DNA of 64,000 nt from the human T2T-CHM13v2.0 reference genome, Homo sapiens: the NCBI RefSeq assembly GCF_009914755.1, contig NC_060947.1. One strand, written 5' to 3'. The position numbers and the translations under genes were made by a program. The notes below the pieces were generated by a model. That model saw only the letters and a program-made list of their open reading frames with translations. It made no database searches and was not told the DNA's origin. This document shows positions 47,760 through 64,000 of the stretch, piece by piece. Every line of letters starts with the position of its first letter. Positions within the stretch are counted from its first letter, which is position 1.

Positions 47760-49346
47760 ATTAATCCCTTAATCTTTTCTACCATCCCATCTACTCTGTT
47801 CATAGGAACCATAATCACTTATTCAGCTCACAGTGATTAATAATCTGAATAGGACTAGAAATAAATATATATCATTACCCCCATTTTAATCAAATAAGCA
47901 AACCCATGATCCACAGAAGTAGCTACATATTAACACAAGCACCTCTATCTATACTCCTAACAATGCTCATTATCATTATATATTGTACTCTGGACAATGA
48001 AGAGTTGTAAAAATTTCCAGCCAAACAGCATCCCTAATAATTATTATAGCACTAGTTATGAGATTTGGATTATCACCCTTCCATTTTGAAGTGCCAGTAG
48101 TTACACAAGAAATCTCAGTAACATCAGTTGTAATTCTACTAACATGATGACAATGTGAAAGGAAAATAAATCTTGGGACCCCAAGCTCATTAAGCCAAAG
48201 GGAAAAGTTAAGCCGGGAACTGGGTCACTCAAAACTGTCTCCCCCTTTTGATTCCTAAATAAGATGACTACAAGATGAAAAGCTACATGCTTCCCCCATA
48301 TTTTGCCCACAAGGAAATTCCTAGTGAGCTCCAAGATCTTTACCCTAAGGTGTTTCTGTTAAAATTTCACCATGACAATGTAACTCCATAGCTCATTGAC
48401 AGGTGCAATCACTCCCCTGCCCACGTGACACAAATGCATATCTGATTGTTCCCCTGCCCCATTTTGCCTATGTTATCTTATGTAAAAATACAGATTCCCT
48501 GCATTTTTCCTCTGCCCCATTTGTCTGTGTCATCCTAAGTAAAAATGCAGATTCACTGAGCCAGACAAAGACATGAATCACTATTTTTCCTTATCCCCCT
48601 CTTACATGAAAATTGTGTACTTCTCAATACCCTGCCCTTTTCCCTTTAAATTTGGAGCCCTCAAAATCATCTTAGGAGAAAGGCATAGACCTGTTTCCTG
48701 GGTGCACATCCTTAACTTTGGCAAATAAACCTCCTAAAATAATTGAGACTTGTCTCCTCATTTTTCTTGATTGACAACAACTAGCACCAATTTCAATTAT
48801 GTTTCAGGTATCATCATCAGTTGATCTAAATATAATGCTAAAAATTGCTATGTTGTCTGTTCTAGTAAGAGGGTGAGGAGGACTTAATCAGACAAAACTT
48901 TGAAAAATCTTAGCCTACACATCAATTGCACACATAGGCTGAAAAACAACTACCTTCTTTTATAGCCCTTCCACAATAATTCTAAATTTACTAATTTATG
49001 TAATCCTAATACTCACCATATTCATAATATTTAGCTTAAATACAAACACCACAACCCTATCACTATCACACATATGGAATAAGTTACCATTAATAATTTC
49101 CATAATCCTTATTACCCTTTTATCCTTAGGTCTACCCCCACTTACAGGATTTCTTCTCAAATGAATTATTATTCAAGAACTAACAAAAACCACACCATCA
49201 TCATGGCAACATTTAAAGCTATTATAGTGTTACTCAACCCATACTTTTATATACGATTAATCTATCCTACATCATTAACCGTGTTTCCAACAAACATTAA
49301 CATAAAAACAAAATGACAGCTCACAAATTTAAAACATTCTTTCTAC
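47760..49346 (+). pseudogene. MT-ND2 pseudogene (NUMT), split by an LTR and 3'-truncated
   Basis: attaatccc start; atctgaataggactagaaataaat (IWMGLEMN); tgaggaggacttaatcagaca (WGGLNQT); ggtctacccccacttacagga (GLPPLTG). Confidence 0.9.
48154..48776 (+). mobile_element. MER4-family solo LTR inside ND2
   Basis: TGTGAAAGGAAAATAAATCTTGGGACCCC...TTGACA; 4-bp TSD ACAA at 48150-48153 and 48777-48780. Confidence 0.88.
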
Positions 49347-52300
49347 TGTGAATCCCCAAAATTTGAGACAAATCTCAGCTAATTTAGAAAGTTTATTTTG
49401 CCAAGGTTGAGGATATGTGCTCATGACACAGCCTCAGGAGGTCCTGATGACATGTGCCCAGGGTGGTCAGAGCACAGCTTGGTTTTATACAATTTAGGGA
49501 GACATGAACCATCGATCAACATATGTAAAATGAACATTAGTTTGGTCTGGAAAGATGGGACAACTCTAAACAAAAGCAGGACAATTTGAAGCAGGGAAGG
49601 GGCTTCCAGGTCACAGGTAGGTGAGAGAAACTTGGTTGCATTTTTTTTGAGTTTCTGATTTGCCTTTCCAAAGGGAGCAATCAGGTATGCATTTATCTCA
49701 GTGAGCAGAGGGATGACTTTGAATAGAATGGGAGGCAGGTTTACCCCAGGCAGTTCCCAGATTGAATTTTCCCTTTAGCTTAGTGATTTTGGGGGCCCAA
49801 GATATTTTCCTTTCACATTCCCCCCCACATCCCCAACCTTTTATTTTTAAAAATCTTTTGGAGAAAGCATTTTAGAAGAAAATGAGTCTCTGGTCCCAGG
49901 TTTTATCTGATCTCTCATGGCTAGGATGGTTTTTTCCTAGACAGGTAGGTCCTGATTTATTAGGAAAAGCTCATTTTTAGCAGGTTGTTAAGTCTCATGT
50001 CCTATGAAGAAAAAATAGGGGAAGGAAGGGAGAAAAACAACAACAAACAAAAGAACGAACCTGGAAAATCAATATAGGCAACGTTACTCTGAAGTCCATA
50101 CATCAGTAGGCAGGTATGAAGGTGGCTTATGTATGTAAATAGGTTGCTCTTATTTTTGCTGTAGTTTAAATTGTCTAGCTTCAGTTCACAGGGCTATATG
50201 AAAACACAGCTTAGTTTCAGTGACTTAAAATTAGGAAAAATGGGGAAAAAAGGAAAAGAAAGTTGAAAACATTATTTTGCAGGCTTGTAGCCAAGAAAAA
50301 TTAGAATTCGATCCAAACAGTAGAAAATAATAAAATGGAAAAATGTTAGGCAAGATTAGAATCTAACAACAGGTGTACTATAGTTTTGAAACCATTTTTC
50401 TCTCTCCAGTTTCCCATTTTTACTAAAGACAAATTATGGTAGGACTGGTTTGCTTTATTCTACTTGGCCTAATTATTTGTATACAATGCAGCAAGAATAA
50501 TTATTTTTTACATAGGCTTTTAAATTGGCTTCAATGGTACTTTGTTCCATAGAAGGAATCTCAGATAAGACTTTTTTAAAGCCGAGCCCAGCCATGGATT
50601 TGTGCCATCAAATTCCTGTGAGTTGGGTGAATTTCCTCTTCTCTTGAGGTTCCAAGATAAACTTGGGGCTCCTGGGCCTGTCAGAAAGTGACATTCTTTA
50701 CTTGCCACCGGTTAGGAACCCTGTACAGAGCTGTGCAGACAAAGGTAAGAGGCTACTTTTTCCAAGGGGCTGTTATTGGCTCCGTAAATTAGGTTTGATA
50801 CCTTAAAGGATAGCACACCATTCCAGTCAAAGCCTTGGTAAAATAACCAGTTTCTTCAATTGTGTCCTGTTACACATGAAAACAGATTCTTATTGCACTT
50901 ACGCAAATAACTATATTGTCATAAGTTAAGAATACTCACAAATAGTTTCCAAATTCTGGAGAAATTAGGTAGAGAGAAATATGCTTCAAATTTTGTTCAC
51001 AGGAGTATAGTTTACTCAATTGTTACAAGCTGTAACTAGCTTGAAAGTTTTCCTGACTCTGAAAAACAAAACAAAGGATTAGCAAGGTTTTAACCAAAAA
51101 GTTAAAAAGATTACTTTAGTCTTCTATTAGTTCAGTTCACACAGTTAACTCCTGTTCTGCTTGATATTCATGAACATTTCAGCTCTTCATGAGAGTCCTG
51201 AAAGTTTTTTCCTCTATTCTAATGTCACAAACTCCAAAGTTATCAGAAACCTGCGTTTAACAACGCCTGTTACACAGTTCTATGGCTGATTATAAAACCA
51301 CCTTCTAAGGAGGATCAAACAAGACAATTGTCTGTGAATGACAAAAGCTTTTAGGGCAACCATAGTCAAAGACACAATTGACAAGGAAATTTGTTACCTC
51401 TGTGGCATACAATAATTTAACATAACAATTATAATTATTACTAATAATGTACACTAAGTCATATCAGAATTATAGGAGTTTCCCGTGATTTTGGAACACA
51501 TACCAATAACATTTATACAAATACATCCTAAAGAAAACCAAATACCTTTTCATATTTGACACTGTTTCCTGTATAATTTTTATACCAAATAAGCCAAATT
51601 ATTTCATTTTTGGACTTTAGGGAAACTAATATCTCAAAGGATTAATTAGATCAGAAAAAGATATAATTTGTAATTTGATTTTGGAAAGTTTGTCAAATAT
51701 CAAAGGGTTAAAACACTTGATATCACAGGTCATTGTAAAATAAGTCATTCATTTGATCAAAATGATAACTCAAGGATTTCAAAAAAAAGGTGAAAACCTT
51801 CATTCTTTGATAGAAGAGACTTGATTTTCCAAACAGTCAGCCCTAATAAAAAGAGCATGAAGCCAATTAAGTGTTTTTCAAAATTTTGTAGTCTATAAAA
51901 TTTTAATTTTGACCATAAGATAATAGCTTCCATAAGCCTTTCATAACCTTTATAACCTCTATTTAGGAGTCAGTTAATGCTTCAAGAAAACCTTGTTAAT
52001 CTGACATGGGCGCATATGCTGGTCTTGCATCAGTGTGCCTTTGACATTAATGATTAATTTATAGGGAAACTGAATTTATTTTATGTCTCAAAATTGGCCC
52101 TTATAATCTCATATGCCCACCTCTTCTGCGATAGTCCCTGGGCCTTGAGGAGTTGAATAGCTCTAATTTCTGGCCCTGTGTTTCAGGAATGCAGTTTATT
52201 TTGATTGGCATCTTCTACCAGGCCTGAAGATGGGGCTTTAACTGCTGTCAGTGTTTAAAATTTAGCAGGACTTGGTGTCCTTTTTAGACCCAGGAGTCAA

Positions 52301-52370
52301 ACCCCTGTAACTCAATGTCACAAGTACTTTAAAAGTGCATACAGAGAGAAACACAGATGTTAATAATGTT
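49347..52370 (-). mobile_element. MER4A1-like provirus remnant: 3' LTR (49347-49817), polypurine tract and internal sequence
   Basis: LTR termini tgtgaa...tttcaca; on the minus strand a G-rich purine tract (49818-49834) sits immediately before the LTR; the internal region is non-coding. Confidence 0.8.
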
Positions 52371-58038
<5,668 letters not shown>

Positions 58039-58039
58039 A

Positions 58040-58475
<436 letters not shown>

Positions 58476-59114
58476 ATGGTGTACCCATTCTAACTGGGCT
58501 TTCTCAATGCAATATCAACTCTTATAGACGTTCTCCATTTCCACCACCACACATTAATAACCATTTTCTTAATTATAGAGGACTAATACTATTAATGTTT
58601 TATTAATACTAACAACTAAATTAACTTATACACATATACAGATGCTCAAGAAGTAGACAGTATGAACTATTCTACCCACTATTATTTTGAACCTAATTGC
58701 CTAACTGTAAACACTATAGGCCACCAATGATTAACATGAAACCCCTTGAGAAAAAAAAATGAACCTTGATTATTGTATAATTCATACAACAGATCTTAAA
58801 CCAGGGGAGCTACGATTACTTGAAGTTGATAATTGAGTAGTTTTACCCATAGAAATATCAATTTGCATACTAATCTCATTTGAAAATGTATTACATCCAT
58901 GAACTGTTCCATCATTAGGCTTAAAAACAGACAGAATTACAGGGTGTTTAAATCAAACAACCCCAACATCCACATGACTAGGCCTATATTATGGTCAGTG
59001 CTCAGAAATTTTTGGATCAAATCAGGGCTTCATACCTATTATACCTGAATTAGTTCCTCTAAATCATTTAAAAAACTGATTAACATTTTGAAACTATTAA
59101 CATCTATGTTATAA
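58476..59114 (+). pseudogene. MT-CO2 pseudogene (NUMT)
   Basis: ATG at 58476; gatcttaaaccaggggagctacgattacttgaagttgataat = [14 protein letters not shown]; tatggtcagtgctcagaaatt (YGQCSEI); TAA at 59112-59114. Confidence 0.93.
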
Positions 59115-59117
59115 TAT

Positions 59118-59179
59118 CACTGTTAAATAGCATTAACCTTTTAAGTTAAAGACTGAAAGTACTCATCTTTCTGCAATGA
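59118..59179 (+). pseudogene. mt tRNA-Lys pseudogene
   Basis: cactg...tagcattaaccttttaagttaaagactga...gcaatga. Confidence 0.85.
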
Positions 59180-59180
59180 A

Positions 59181-59385
59181 ATGCCACAACTAGCTACGTC
59201 AACATGATTTATCACTATGGTTTTAATAATTCTTATACTATTTATCTTATTTCAATTAAAAACTTCAAAATATATCTACTGTTTAAGCCCAATACCAAAA
59301 AATATTGAAGCATTATAACATGAAACCCCTTGAGAAAAAAAGTAAACAAAAATGTATTGGCATCTTTCATTATCCTTACAATAGT
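59181..59385 (+). pseudogene. MT-ATP8 pseudogene
   Basis: atgccacaactagctacgtcaacatgattt = MPQLATSTWF in the mt code; ccttgagaa (PWE) near the end. Confidence 0.88.
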
Positions 59386-59909
59386 AGAATTACCCTTGAT
59401 ATTCTAATCATTTCATTCCCAAACATTATATTCCCTACCCCAATCACCTAATCAATAATCAACTAATCACCATACAATGATTAGTGCAACTCATATTAAA
59501 ACAAATTATAATAATATACAATGTCAAAGGGTGAACTTTATCCCTCATATTAATTTCACTTATTCTATTTATTACCTCAACAAACATCAGGATGACTAAC
59601 CCACTCATTTATGCCAATAACTCAGTTATCAATAAATCTAAATATAGATATCCCACTATAACCAAGAGCAGTTATCACTGACTTCCACCACAAAACAAAA
59701 GAGTCATTGGCTTGTTTGCTACCACAAGGATCACCCATTCCACTAACCTCTATACTTGTACTTATTAAAATTAACCTTTTTATTCAACACTTAGCCCTGG
59801 CTGAACAACTAACAGCCAATATTATAGCCATCCATCTACTCATACACTTAATCAGTAATGCCACACTAGTGATAATATCCATTAGTTTTGCAACAGCTTG
59901 AATGTATTT

Positions 59910-60418
<509 letters not shown>

Positions 60419-60508
60419 TAATTATATTTACCATCTTTGAATTTGCTGCAGCCCAAATTCAAACATACCTCTTCACTATACTAGTCTTTACTTGCACAAC
60501 AATACTTA

Positions 60509-60837
60509 ATGACCTACCAAATACATAGCTATCATGTATTTGACCCTTGACCCTGACCACTTACAGGAGCTCTATCAGCCCTGCTAATAATATCTGACTT
60601 AGTAATATGATTTCACTTTAACCTAGCTATCTTATTATCTTTAGGTCTGCAAACCAATAGATTAATGATATACCAGGGATGATGAGATATTGTCCGAGAA
60701 AGCAGATTTTCAAGGTCATCACATATTAATTGTTCAAAAAGGCCTATGTTTCTATTTATCATGTCAGAAATCTTCTTCAAAGGCTTCTTCTGAACTTTCT
60801 ACCACTTCAGTCTGCCCCCAACCCCAGAAGTATGAGG
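60509..60837 (+). pseudogene. MT-CO3 pseudogene, 5' part only
   Basis: ccctgaccacttacaggagctctatcagccctgcta (PWPLTGALSALL); tgatgagatattgtccgagaaagc (W-DIVRES); ggcttcttctga...gccccaaccccagaa. Confidence 0.88.
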
Positions 60838-60879
60838 TATCCTACTTGCTATAATTATTAACCAATTAACTAATTAACT

Positions 60880-62346
60880 AATTTATTTTCATTAGCTTAT
60901 GCCTCTTAAGCCAATCTAATGAAAATAGCCTAAGTTTTTCATTAGTCTTTTTCTTTGATTCAAAATCAGCCCCCCTTTTTATATTAACGTGATTGCTCTG
61001 CTTAATAATTATAGCCAGTCAGCATCATCTCTGCAAAGAATCATATATATGAAAAAATTACATATTTCTCTATTAATCTTTCTACAAATGTTTTTAATGA
61101 TAAAATTTACTGCTACAGAATTCTATTTTATATGCTCTTTGAAGCAACACTAATAGCAACACTAATCGTCATTACCTGATGAGGAAATCAAACAGAATGA
61201 TTAAATACAGGACTCTTATTTCCTGTTCTATACACTGGCTCCCTGCTCCTACTCATAGCACTAATTTATATCCAAAACTCCATAGGCTTATTAAACTTCT
61301 TAGTAGCCTCCTACTGAATTCAAGCACTACTACCAAGCCCCTGATCTAATAGCCTTTTATGGTTAGCATATATAATAGCATTTATAGTAAACATACCCCT
61401 TTAGGCCTTCACCTCTGATTACCAAAAGCACAGGTACAAGCCCCAGTTGCTGTGCCCATGGTTCTTGCAGTCATATTATGAAAATTAGGGGACTATGGCA
61501 TAATACAAATTACTGTGATTTAAAATCCACTAACAGAATTTATAGCTTACCCATTTCTTATACTATCCTTGTGAGAAATAGCAAACTGTATTTGTTTATG
61601 CCAAACGGACTTAAAGTCACTCATGGTATATTCATCCAAAAGTCATATGGCACTCGTAGTTGTAGTTGTTCTTATCCGAACACCATGAAGTTTTATAGGA
61701 GCAATAGCCCCAATAATTGCCCATGGCCTCACCTCATCCATATTATTCTGCATCAAGTTATGAATGAATTCATAGCTGAACCATGCTATTAGCTCGAGGA
61801 CTACAGACACTATTACCTCTCGTAGCTAACATGAGTACTAGCTAGCCTAACTAACCTAGCCCTATCACCAGCCATCAACTTAGAGAGTTATTTGTAGTTA
61901 TAGCATCATTCTCATTATCTCATTTTACCATTGCCGTAGTAAAATTTAGTATATTTATTATGGCCTTATATTCTCTCTATATGTTAATCATAACATAATT
62001 AGGAAAATTTATGTATCACATTAATAATATCAAACCATGCCAGTCACAGTCATGCATGCCTGTAATCCCAGCACTTTGGGAGGCTGAGGCAGGAGGATTA
62101 CTGGAGTCCTTTCTACAAAAAATAAAAATAGCTGCACATGGTGGCATGTGCTTGTAGTCCAGCTACTTGGGAGGCTAAAGAGGAAAGATTGCTTGAGCCC
62201 AGGAGTTTAAGTCTGCAGCAAGCTATGATTGCACCACTGCACTGCAGCCTGGGTGACAGAGTGAGATCCTATCTATATCTATATCTATTTGCAAAATAAT
62301 ATACTCTTCTCACTTAACCCAAAAATCATTCTAGGACCCATATACT
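60880..62346 (+). pseudogene. MT-ND4 pseudogene (NUMT), split by an Alu
   Basis: tttgaagcaacactaata (FEATL); tgaggaaatcaaacagaa (WGNQTE); cacctctgattaccaaaagca (HLWLPKA); ataattgcccatggcctcacctcatcc (MIAHGLTSS). Confidence 0.9.
62039..62275 (+). mobile_element. AluJ-like with internal deletion, inside ND4
   Basis: catgcctgtaatcccagcactttgggaggctgagg...gcttgagcccaggag...gcctgggtgacagagtgaga. Confidence 0.85.
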
Positions 62347-62415
62347 GTAAATATAGTTTGAATGAAACATTAGGTTATAAATGTAACAGCAGAAAATTAA
62401 AACTTCTTATTTTTT
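62347..62415 (+). pseudogene. mt tRNA-His pseudogene
   Basis: gtaaatatagttt...aacattag...cttcttattt, directly after ND4. Confidence 0.8.
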
Positions 62416-63916
<1,501 letters not shown>

Positions 63917-63986
63917 ACTTTTAAAGGGTAGAAGTAATCTGTTGGCCTTAGGAGCCAAAAAATCGATACAACTCCAAATAAAAGTA
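63917..63986 (+). pseudogene. mt tRNA-Leu(CUN) pseudogene, followed by the ND5 start (ATA AAT ATA TTT at 63988)
   Basis: acttttaaagg...ttggccttaggagccaaaaaat...caactccaaataaaagta; TAG anticodon. Confidence 0.88.
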
Positions 63987-64000
63987 AATAAATATATTTT

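Overview
Primate, almost certainly human, nuclear DNA from the Xq22 ARMCX/GPRASP cluster. There is one intact protein-coding gene, BHLHB9/GPRASP3 (547 aa, single coding exon 9945-11588, + strand), with a CpG-island promoter near 6.6-7.7 kb, inferred 5'UTR exons and a polyA signal at 13368. A second compact promoter at about 30.05-30.4 kb carries an RFX X-box, a CRE and first-exon donors; it is probably the LINC00630 start. The most striking feature fills 33.3-64 kb: an ancient NUMT (nuclear copy of mitochondrial DNA). About 6.7 kb of mtDNA survives in mitochondrial gene order (16S, L, ND1, I, Q, M, ND2, [deletion], COX1, S, D, COX2, K, ATP8, ATP6, COX3, [deletion], ND4, H, S, L, ND5 start). 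It is stretched over about 31 kb by nested L1, LTR and Alu insertions, many with readable target-site duplications. The decayed reading frames look more like mouse or bovine mt proteins than human ones, suggesting capture before the anthropoid changes. Three short local duplications, an inversion-deletion junction and a twin-primed L1 record repair and insertion events. All family, subfamily and ortholog assignments are from recalled consensus sequences, not from searches; boundaries without a TSD are approximate.
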